In this document: in pieces, positions 50,244 through 58,105 of the stretch
Numbering within the stretch: the stretch's first letter is position 1
How the letters are laid out: each line of letters begins with the position of its first letter
DNA from: a virus
Reading direction: 5' to 3' (one strand)
Virus record (IMG/VR): IMGVR_UViG_3300013004_000026
Location: 32,001-96,000 of that record
Length of the DNA: 64,000 nt
Position numbers and translations under genes: made by a program
The notes under the pieces: generated by a model
What the model saw: only the letters and a program-made list of their open reading frames with translations
Database searches by the model: none
Told to the model about the DNA's origin: nothing

Positions 50244-52430
50244 TTATGCCTCTTTGTCAATCAAGTTAATGTACTGTGCCACCGCCACCGCATTGATGTC
50301 GTAGTCACGCAAACTGCTCAAGAGTGGATAGCGATTACGGATAGCAGTCAATTCACCTGTAATGCTTTGGACAACCGAATCTACATCAACTGGTGTTGCG
50401 TAGTCACGGCACAAACGTTCCAAACTGTGACGCTCAACTTTCACATCATCAATGCCTTTGAACTGAGCCAAAAACTTTGAGTATGGGCTGTTGCTGTCTA
50501 CCAGTTTTGCAATGTCGTTATTGTAACGGAAAACCTTGTTGAGGTCAATCTGTTTCATTGCACATTTCTGCACAATGGTTGCATCCAATTTTGCCAAAAC
50601 TGCACGGATATGATCCTGTACATTGATCCAATTAGATTGGGTCTTGATGTGCTCAATGTCTGTTTTACGAACGCCGTAAATGGTGATGCCATGCAGGCCC
50701 GAGATGCCTGATTCAGTAACCATGTCGCTGAAGTTGCGCAGATTATGGATAGCAGGACCTTCAGTTTCCACTGTGAAACCTTTGAGTGGCAGATAGTAGT
50801 AGGTTTCTGTATCTTCAAAGTCAGCGGTTGTGCCTGCATTCTTCCATACCAGCTCACGCTCTTTGTGATAACCACCGTAGCCTCGTCGTTGCAGGCTCAT
50901 GATCGAAACATTGGCACCCATGCCAGCACCGGTGGTCTTGCGATCTTTTTCAATCAAGTCACTGGCCAACATGCGCTGTTCCACAGGAGGTTCACGCAGT
51001 TCTGCGAAGAAACCCAGCGTGTCCATCACATGGCCTTTGGTAGCAGGGCTCATCACATACACTGTGGTACTGTAGCCAGTGCCAGGCAGCTTGACACCTT
51101 TGCTCTCTGCGGCACGCCAGTGATACTTGGCACGGCTCATGGCACCTACCCGTGTGTTGTTGGTAATAAACACTGACTGAGGATTGATGTTGAATTCCCA
51201 CACTTGCTCATAGTTGGTGTGAAGCTGGTCGTACACACGACCAGGCTTGACTTCTGAACAGGTGGCAGCACTGCGACCCTTGTTAAAAGCCAAGATTTCA
51301 ATATTGTAACGAGCAGCCAGGTCCTTGACATTGATCTTGAAAGGCACTGAGTGCATGTAGTTGTAACCACTTTGCGGGTCAATCAAATCAAAACCAGTGT
51401 CTTGCACATACTTGACCGCGGCTTGATTCCACAGGGTCTCACCTGCACCTGATCGCTTTTGCAGGAACTGCACTTTTTCCCAATCGTTGGTGATAGCATC
51501 TGCTTCCAGTGCCAGGTGAACAGCCAATTGGGCATTGAGTGCTTCTAGCTTGGTGCGGATAGCGTTGATGGTTTGTGGAATATAGCTCAGGCCTTCACGA
51601 CTGGCCTGGAAATCCAGTTCGCCAATGTCAAAGTGCATTTCCAACCCACAGCCCAAGAGCTTGTGCAATTCGCCTAGTGCAGTTTCTGGATTGGGCAAGT
51701 CAATTGGGTAGGCAATATTGCCCATCACAGCACGGCTGCCACGACCTGAAGTGTAGTGTACACCTGGAATGATGTTCCGGTCTTTGTACTCAACATCACG
51801 GAAGCGGAACTCACCGTCGCCACCAGATACCACAGGACGAAGTTGGAAATGGGTGTACACATAACGAGCTTCTTCTTCAAACTTGTAAAAGTCGCTACGG
51901 CTGTCAACTGCAAACTTGACCTCAACCCCATTGGGGTCTGTGCTGTCTTCACTGTGCATGAGCACAATGCTGGGCACGCCTTCGCCGTTGATAAAAGCAG
52001 AGTACACATTGCGAGTGCCGTCTTTGATAGCAGTCACAGTGAAATTGTCTGTGTAGGAGAAGGGCGACTTGGAGCCCAAGCCCAGGGCACCAATGAACGC
52101 ATTGGACTCTGTCTTGGTAGACTCAAAGTAGGTGGTGTAGATGCTTTGCACTTGCTCGTGGGTGAGACCAGTACCATAGTCACGGATTGAGAAAGTTGGA
52201 TCAATGGTGTTGGGCAGATGCACATCAAACGGTGTATCTTGTTGGCCTGCGGCTGTGTGGCTGTCCACAGCATTACAACTCAGCTCACGGACGATGGCGC
52301 GAATCTTGTTGGCATACAAACCTGAGGAAAGGATGTTGAAGGCCTTGGCACTGTTGCGAATACGGAACTCGCCAATTTCGCCTACATTAGACAGAACAGC
52401 TTCGTGGGCTGGTGCAGTATTGATAATCAA
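50244..52430 (-). CDS. rIIA: rIIA-like protein (GHKL-type N-terminal domain)
   Basis: LYANKIRAIVRELSCNAVD, IRDYGTG, GALGLGSKSPFSY and SREGLSY. Confidence 0.9.
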   Translation of the reverse strand: MIINTAPAHEAVLSNVGEIGEFRIRNSAKAFNILSSGLYANKIRAIVRELSCNAVDSHTAAGQQDTPFDVHLPNTIDPTFSIRDYGTGLTHEQVQSIYTTYFESTKTESNAFIGALGLGSKSPFSYTDNFTVTAIKDGTRNVYSAFINGEGVPSIVLMHSEDSTDPNGVEVKFAVDSRSDFYKFEEEARYVYTHFQLRPVVSGGDGEFRFRDVEYKDRNIIPGVHYTSGRGSRAVMGNIAYPIDLPNPETALGELHKLLGCGLEMHFDIGELDFQASREGLSYIPQTINAIRTKLEALNAQLAVHLALEADAITNDWEKVQFLQKRSGAGETLWNQAAVKYVQDTGFDLIDPQSGYNYMHSVPFKINVKDLAARYNIEILAFNKGRSAATCSEVKPGRVYDQLHTNYEQVWEFNINPQSVFITNNTRVGAMSRAKYHWRAAESKGVKLPGTGYSTTVYVMSPATKGHVMDTLGFFAELREPPVEQRMLASDLIEKDRKTTGAGMGANVSIMSLQRRGYGGYHKERELVWKNAGTTADFEDTETYYYLPLKGFTVETEGPAIHNLRNFSDMVTESGISGLHGITIYGVRKTDIEHIKTQSNWINVQDHIRAVLAKLDATIVQKCAMKQIDLNKVFRYNNDIAKLVDSNSPYSKFLAQFKGIDDVKVERHSLERLCRDYATPVDVDSVVQSITGELTAIRNRYPLLSSLRDYDINAVAVAQYINLIDKEA

Positions 52431-52460
52431 CTCAAACTCCTTTTTACTTAATATGCTATT

Positions 52461-52493
52461 ATTGTAGCAAAATGGGCCAAAACGGTCAACCGT
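52461..52493 (-). promoter_or_regulatory. Early promoter for rIIA
   Basis: TTGACC (52489-52484)-17-TACAAT (52466-52461); spacer identical to cassette copy 4. Confidence 0.8.
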
Positions 52494-52513
52494 TTTTTTG
52501 TGTGGTAAAAATG

Positions 52514-52759
52514 CTACAGATATCCGCGATCAAAATTTCCGTGTACAGCATACCACCGGAAAAAGATGGGCTCGTACTCTGTCCAACTGCATACCGCCCA
52601 CTCTTCTTCGCGTTCGACTTGCCAGGGCTTGAGGGTGTTACTCAGCAGGGCCCAGAACAATTTTTTGTTGTGCTTGGTAACCTGTGCCTTGGCCGAACTT
52701 TCCTTAGCATACATGCCAATCAACTGACCTGACTCTTTTTTATAAACTACAAATCGCAT
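52514..52759 (-). CDS. Hypothetical protein
   Basis: 81 aa, coupled in the operon. Confidence 0.5.
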   Translation of the reverse strand: MRFVVYKKESGQLIGMYAKESSAKAQVTKHNKKLFWALLSNTLKPWQVEREEEWAVCSWTEYEPIFFRWYAVHGNFDRGYL

Positions 52760-53185
52760 TTACCAACTCGAATTATAGAATACTTTGAGCCCGCAGAACA
52801 ATTCTGCTCTTGCATTACGGATAAATTCCAGGTCTTGATTCTTATAGTAATCATCAGATTGATCGCCAAAAAAGAACCCTGTGGTAGACGGAAGTTGGCT
52901 ATTCTTCACAACATATTCGAGCTCATCTAGATCTTCCCAGGTCAGCTCTAGCTCTACGCCGTTGAATGTAGGATCATCAGATGGGCCTACTTTGCCTTTG
53001 CGTACCCAAAGCTGGCGCATCCAGCCTTGGAGGTTGGGATGCTTGCGCCAGTAGGCAAGCTCTCGTGGTTTCTCCACGCTACGACTGTTGTAGTCCTTGG
53101 TCACAGGATCTATTTCCGCTGATTCCCAAAATTCAGCTTGTTGATTGGCCCGGGCGGCCACATACGCATATTGATCTAATCCCAT
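52760..53185 (-). CDS. Conserved phage hypothetical protein
   Basis: MGLDQY...ELAYWRKHPNLQGW...LPSTTGFFFG...YNSSW; AAGGAG SD. Confidence 0.65.
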   Translation of the reverse strand: MGLDQYAYVAARANQQAEFWESAEIDPVTKDYNSRSVEKPRELAYWRKHPNLQGWMRQLWVRKGKVGPSDDPTFNGVELELTWEDLDELEYVVKNSQLPSTTGFFFGDQSDDYYKNQDLEFIRNARAELFCGLKVFYNSSW

Positions 53186-53194
53186 ATCAACTCC

Positions 53195-53434
53195 TTAAAC
53201 AAATGCTCTAAACAAACCAGTAGCACCAATTGACAGTGCTACCACATTTACCAACAGTTGCGGGCGGTTACTCACTCGCAGACTCCAAATCAAAAACAAT
53301 ATGGTACCAATAAAGAAAGCCACAATATTGTAGGGATACACCGTAGGGCCCACAGCATTGAGACTGTGGCCAGCAATGATAAACACTGCACCTATCCACT
53401 GTAGTATTTCGTTGGTCTTAATCAAAAGGCACAT
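53195..53434 (-). CDS. Small membrane protein
   Basis: Three hydrophobic helices. Confidence 0.5.
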   Translation of the reverse strand: MCLLIKTNEILQWIGAVFIIAGHSLNAVGPTVYPYNIVAFFIGTILFLIWSLRVSNRPQLLVNVVALSIGATGLFRAFV

Positions 53435-53782
53435 CCTTCATTTTCTTTTTACCTGTCCAATGATCCATTGTAACACAAACGCCTCTAAACTGCACACCCA
53501 ATGGATCATCAGATCTTTTAGGCAATTCTTTGAGAGCTTGTTTACAGGCCGCCTTGGTGGGCATGGTTACCGAAATCTTGTCCATGAAATCACCACCAGG
53601 GCTTAATAGTTCAATTATCAGTACCCATTCTTTCATAGTGCTTCCTCAAACATGCAGTGGGTTACGACGGCGCAGGTGTGCATTAGCGGCTTCTCGGCTG
53701 TCAAAGCGACCGCTGATAGGTGTCTGGTGTGCGCCACGCACAATGTACCAACCACCTAGTACTGCATTATACACGACTTTCA

Positions 53783-54073
53783 TTATGCGGCTTCCAACAT
53801 GTTAGCAGGCACTTTCCACAAGCCACTGGTGATGCGACCAGTGTTGGATTCGCGAACGGTGACATACTTGATAGCAACCTTTTCCACAGTGCCCACAATG
53901 GTCACACCGCGTTTGGTGCTGGTAAACTTAACAGTGTCACCTTTACGGAACTCGCGAATCTTTACAGAACGAAGTTGTGCGCGAGCATACTGCACGGCGC
54001 TCTGGATTGAATCCAGTTGTTCATTGGTAAAGTTACCAAACATAATAGCAGAGTTGATTTGCTTGATGTCCAT
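53783..54073 (-). CDS. Early SH3-like small protein
   Basis: FRKGDTVKF...GTVEKVAIKYVTV...WKVPANML; behind cassette copy 3. Confidence 0.6.
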   Translation of the reverse strand: MDIKQINSAIMFGNFTNEQLDSIQSAVQYARAQLRSVKIREFRKGDTVKFTSTKRGVTIVGTVEKVAIKYVTVRESNTGRITSGLWKVPANMLEAA

Positions 54074-54078
54074 GTGTG

Positions 54079-54133
54079 CTCCTTTTGTTTAACTTAGCCT
54101 ATAGTATAGCAAAATGGGAAATTATGGTCAACT
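54079..54133 (-). promoter_or_regulatory. Early promoter cassette (copy 3)
   Basis: TTGACC (54131-54126)-17-TATACT (54108-54103) plus the conserved leader and SD. Confidence 0.85.
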
Positions 54134-54137
54134 GTTT

Positions 54138-54410
54138 TTATTCAGAAAACTCGTACATGAACTGGGCCATGCTGGGGTCCATTTTAACCAGATCTTGTGC
54201 GGCGCCAGTGAGAGCGCGATAGCGAGCCTGTACTTGACTGCGGGGTAGTTCACCATCACAGCTCAAATTTTCAGGGCTGAGCTTGCAGTCAATCATTTCT
54301 GCCACACGCTTGCGGCCCGCGGCTGTGGCAACTTCGTATGCTACAAACTTACCGTTGAACATGCTGGCCCATTGATTTTCCTGGGCGATCAGTGCGTTGA
54401 GTGCTTTCAT
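54138..54410 (-). CDS. Early hypothetical protein
   Basis: LSPENLSCDGELP motif; behind cassette copy 4. Confidence 0.6.
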   Translation of the reverse strand: MKALNALIAQENQWASMFNGKFVAYEVATAAGRKRVAEMIDCKLSPENLSCDGELPRSQVQARYRALTGAAQDLVKMDPSMAQFMYEFSE

Positions 54411-54416
54411 TACTGG

Positions 54417-54475
54417 CTCCTTTTGTTTAACTTAGCCTCTAGTATAGCAAAATGGGCCAAAACGGTCAACCGTTT
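54417..54475 (-). promoter_or_regulatory. Early promoter cassette (copy 4)
   Basis: TTGACC (54469-54464)-17-TATACT (54446-54441) plus the conserved leader and SD. Confidence 0.85.
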
Positions 54476-54540
54476 GGATAGTTGCAAAAAAGCAACAAAA
54501 AACCCTAGTAAATGCTAGGGTTTTTGTTAGTATTTTAGTA

Positions 54541-55914
54541 TTACATTTTGGCCCTGAGCTTGTAGCGTTGTATTTTGCCTGTTTGGGTGCGCGGCAGCTG
54601 ATCTATAATTGCCATTTCTTTCACGTGCTGGTGCACCAGTTCATGACTCACTGTTTGGTCTGGCGTTGGCACAATATATGCCTTGAGTCTAGCATGTCCA
54701 TTGTCCTGCACTTGCCCTACCACCACGGTTTCCTGCACACCTGGTATATTCAACAAGGCCTGCTCGATCGCTGACAGGTCAACATAGTTACCATTAACTT
54801 TGATTACATCGCTAGCACGACCCAGGAAATATAAATTGCCAGCTTGATCTTGTTCCACAATGTCGCCTGTGGGCATCCACTCGCCAAATTGTTTTGCACT
54901 CCAATGCTTGTCATGCCAATAATACAGTCCGGCAGTGGGCGCTTGAATGTACAGGTGTCCGTCTCGTATGTCAATTTCATACCCGGGGATCACCCGACCA
55001 ATTGAATGTACTGGTGCATCGCCACTGTTGTAGGCCAAAGCTCCGGCAATTTCTGTGCTGCCATAAAGATTATGAATGTCAATGCCAGTGATTGTTTTCC
55101 AGCGATCATAAATGGTTGCTGACAATTTATCTGCTCCAGAAATGCATTTGCGCAAACAGTGTCCTTGCAGATTTTGTTCGCTCAGCTTGCCATACAACAC
55201 CGGAATCATGATTAAAAATGTCACTTGCTTTGATACCACAAGATTGGCTATGGTAGTTGGCACAAAAATACCAGGGTGCAAAATCACAGTGGCGCCAGCA
55301 AACAGCGTGGCCCAGAGATTGAACATGCCAAAACTGTAAAACAGCTTGGCAGCATTGAAAGTTCTGTCTTTACTAGTGTACCCCAGATGCGGACCTGTCA
55401 CTGTGCCAATGATATAAGGTGTGGCCTGTCTATGAACCACGGCTTTGGGATGCCCGGTAGTGCCTGAAGTGTACATGAATATACAGGCTGCATCTCTATG
55501 TGACTTGTAACCTGCCACAGGTGCATGTTCGTATGATATCAATGACTTGTTCATTGAATAATCTAGGCCTAGTTCTAGGTCATTTTCTTTTACTACCATA
55601 ACAGCACCTGAGTGCTGTATACAGTAACACAAGGAGTCCTTGTTGGCTCGTGGATCCAACGGCACCGCTACCATGCCGCCGTAGATCACAGCTAGCATCA
55701 GCGCAACAGTTTCGGCTGAATCTTTCATTACAATGGCTACTCGTTGTTCAGGCTGAATGCCCAGGGCCTGTAGCCATGCAGCCAGTTGACCCACACGCTG
55801 TTCTAGTTCAGCATAGGTCCAGATTTGTTCTGCATCTTCAATGGCTATGGCTGCAGGATTAGATGTTTTGAAAAGTTCAACAACAAAATTAAATTGATCA
55901 GGTATGGTTTGCAT
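54541..55914 (-). CDS. Adenylate-forming acyl/aryl-CoA ligase (benzoate-CoA-ligase-like)
   Basis: YTSGTTGHPKAV, AAKLFYSFG, YGSTE, TGD, GRASD and LPRTQTGKIQR. Confidence 0.88.
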   Translation of the reverse strand: MQTIPDQFNFVVELFKTSNPAAIAIEDAEQIWTYAELEQRVGQLAAWLQALGIQPEQRVAIVMKDSAETVALMLAVIYGGMVAVPLDPRANKDSLCYCIQHSGAVMVVKENDLELGLDYSMNKSLISYEHAPVAGYKSHRDAACIFMYTSGTTGHPKAVVHRQATPYIIGTVTGPHLGYTSKDRTFNAAKLFYSFGMFNLWATLFAGATVILHPGIFVPTTIANLVVSKQVTFLIMIPVLYGKLSEQNLQGHCLRKCISGADKLSATIYDRWKTITGIDIHNLYGSTEIAGALAYNSGDAPVHSIGRVIPGYEIDIRDGHLYIQAPTAGLYYWHDKHWSAKQFGEWMPTGDIVEQDQAGNLYFLGRASDVIKVNGNYVDLSAIEQALLNIPGVQETVVVGQVQDNGHARLKAYIVPTPDQTVSHELVHQHVKEMAIIDQLPRTQTGKIQRYKLRAKM

Positions 55915-55926
55915 ACCTGTATTTAA

Positions 55927-57081
55927 TTAGTGGAACATCAGGAAACTATTAATCACATCCAAACGATTGGCAGCTCGATCACCGTGCCCTGCTGGGAATA
56001 TGACCACATTCCATTTGGGTTTGGGCCCTTCTGGAACAGTCAACATCTGATCATAGGTAATGATAGTGTCTGCATCCAGTTTGTGCATGGAAGCAAGTTT
56101 TTGTTTGAATTCTTCCCAGGCTTCGGGGCTGGCAACCTGTGTACGACCTTTTTCGTCTTTCACATACTTGCCCTTGGCATCGGTTACAAACAAAGTACGG
56201 AACATGTCCTTGGGCACAGTGATTGCATCCTTGACCACGTTGCCAGCCTGCTTGTGTACTGCCACCTTCTTGACTTCACGACTTTGAGAGCCCGAACTGA
56301 AATTCACAATAAAGTTGGCAGGCTTGTTGCCCACTGCCACATCGCCCATTTTGGTATAGGCATAGAACTTTACATCAGGATTGTTGTTGGCCACACTGTA
56401 GGCCAAGTCTAGGTATTCTTTTGAAAAGAAATCACCAGCATCATGCCAACGCACTACCAGTCTAATACTGTGCTTGTCTGTTTTGCCTTTGAGTGTTTTG
56501 ACTTCACGATCCACCATGGCCATATAACCTTCTGGGTCGTTTACCAAAAAGTTTAGAGCTTGTGCAGCACTCATTGAGCTGGCTGGAAACATCACATAAC
56601 CGCCTTTTCTAGCATAACAAAACAGTTGGCATTCACCTGCACCCGGGCAGGTTGTTATCTCAACAAAGTCGCCATTGCTTTCATCTACTACAATACCTGA
56701 CAGTGCTGGCAAAGTGAGGTCGTATACAATTTCGCCTTCTGTACGACTCTTTTCCATCTTGGCATTGGTGCCCAGGATCTTGGAAGGGCGTTTCATGATC
56801 TGTTGAGCCAGGTCGTCTAGATCCCATTTGTCGTCTGGATTATCGCTTTGTGTGATAGCTTTGATATTGCTACCATGAACAATTGGAGCAAACCTGTCGC
56901 GTTTGGTTTTGGTGCCAGTTTTGATACGATCAGCATAGCCTTGTAATTCGTCACGACTCATACGACGCTGCGGAGCATCTAGTTTAAGAGTTTCTTCAAC
57001 ATCTTGATCTTCGATGTTCAAAGCCTGCACCTGGAAACCGCCCAGCGTTCTTGTTTCGTTTACTAATTCATTGTATCTCAT
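55927..57081 (-). CDS. GP88-like (radical-SAM-related) protein with a capsid-targeting-like leader (start re-assigned to 57081)
   Basis: MRYNELVNE leader; TCPGAGECQLFCYA, VRWHDAGDF and FYAYTK motifs; ATGA coupling. Confidence 0.7.
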   Translation of the reverse strand: MRYNELVNETRTLGGFQVQALNIEDQDVEETLKLDAPQRRMSRDELQGYADRIKTGTKTKRDRFAPIVHGSNIKAITQSDNPDDKWDLDDLAQQIMKRPSKILGTNAKMEKSRTEGEIVYDLTLPALSGIVVDESNGDFVEITTCPGAGECQLFCYARKGGYVMFPASSMSAAQALNFLVNDPEGYMAMVDREVKTLKGKTDKHSIRLVVRWHDAGDFFSKEYLDLAYSVANNNPDVKFYAYTKMGDVAVGNKPANFIVNFSSGSQSREVKKVAVHKQAGNVVKDAITVPKDMFRTLFVTDAKGKYVKDEKGRTQVASPEAWEEFKQKLASMHKLDADTIITYDQMLTVPEGPKPKWNVVIFPAGHGDRAANRLDVINSFLMFH

Positions 57082-57278
57082 TTTTGTCTTCCTGACTTCA
57101 TGTTTGCACACCAATGGTACATCTTGCCTTTTTCACCACCGTGCTTTTTAGCCTTGGCTCTGAGACTGGTCACACTGCCATCACAGCTGGCACCTGAGCG
57201 TTTTACACGACCAGGACGACTCTTGCCTTTGACCTTGCCGTCGGCAAAGTTTTCAGTGATAATTTCATTTATTTTCAT
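57078..57278 (-). CDS. Small basic putative head-internal protein
   Basis: MKINEIITE leader followed by a K/R/G-rich body. Confidence 0.6.
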   Translation of the reverse strand: MKINEIITENFADGKVKGKSRPGRVKRSGASCDGSVTSLRAKAKKHGGEKGKMYHWCANMKSGRQK

Positions 57279-58105
57279 TATTGTACATAGTCCATGAGAT
57301 TCACATTCTGACTGTTTTCAAGGTATTCGCGAATGTCATATTTAATATCAGTATTTCCGTATAGCGGATACTCTTTCCAGATCTGAACACCTTCTAAAAA
57401 ACTGCGATTGAATGCAGCAATTACTTCTTGTACATATTTTTCTGAGGTTGGCATTAATGTACGACGACTGCCTGATTGTCTGCGACGCAGCCACAGTTCT
57501 AGATCCTGTGCAATCACCTTGCCATTGGGACGATCACTAAACAGGTCGTCATCGTCTGTGTCTTCGCCCAGTGCTCGTACCTCAGCATAGGCCTGCTGTA
57601 TGAGCTTGGTTAACAAACTGCCCAGGTTGTATTCCATGGATTGAGCACAGTCGTACTGTATTTCTTCAATTTTACTGATATCATCCTCATCATACACTTC
57701 CATGAGCATTTCTTCTACATAAGCCCATAGTTCGCTTTCTGCACGAACTTCTGGAATAAAGTCCATGAGTATGTCGCCCAACCGATCTTCGTCCTGGATT
57801 ATCTCAGGCTCAGCAGCTAGAGTGTTCATGATACCAGGTAGTACCTGCACAGCTTCACGAGTGATCATCTGGTCAGCTAGTTCGTACACCTCTTCATTGC
57901 CACGAAATACTCTGTTAGCAGCAGCAAGGTCGCTGGAGATAGCACGAATAGTTATACCAGCATTGCTGCCCAGACCCTGAATGATGTCTTGAATCATTTC
58001 TGGTATGTTGGCATTAAAGGTAGCGCGGCGAATGTCACGGCCCACACGCTCGCTGTTGCCAAACATGTCGTTATCGTCATTTTCTAATAGTTCGTTGTAT
58101 CTCAT
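57278..58105 (-). CDS. Acidic modular protein, 2 DDxLF modules (start re-assigned to 58105)
   Basis: MRYNELLENDDNDMFG and LGEDTDDDDLFS; ATGA coupling. Confidence 0.7.
   Translation of the reverse strand: MRYNELLENDDNDMFGNSERVGRDIRRATFNANIPEMIQDIIQGLGSNAGITIRAISSDLAAANRVFRGNEEVYELADQMITREAVQVLPGIMNTLAAEPEIIQDEDRLGDILMDFIPEVRAESELWAYVEEMLMEVYDEDDISKIEEIQYDCAQSMEYNLGSLLTKLIQQAYAEVRALGEDTDDDDLFSDRPNGKVIAQDLELWLRRRQSGSRRTLMPTSEKYVQEVIAAFNRSFLEGVQIWKEYPLYGNTDIKYDIREYLENSQNVNLMDYVQ

Noticed and set aside
35491-54475. Dispersed ~55-bp repeats as a CRISPR array or IS ends
   Set aside because: They are not regularly spaced, there is no cas or transposase gene, and they are fully explained as -35/-10/SD cassettes.
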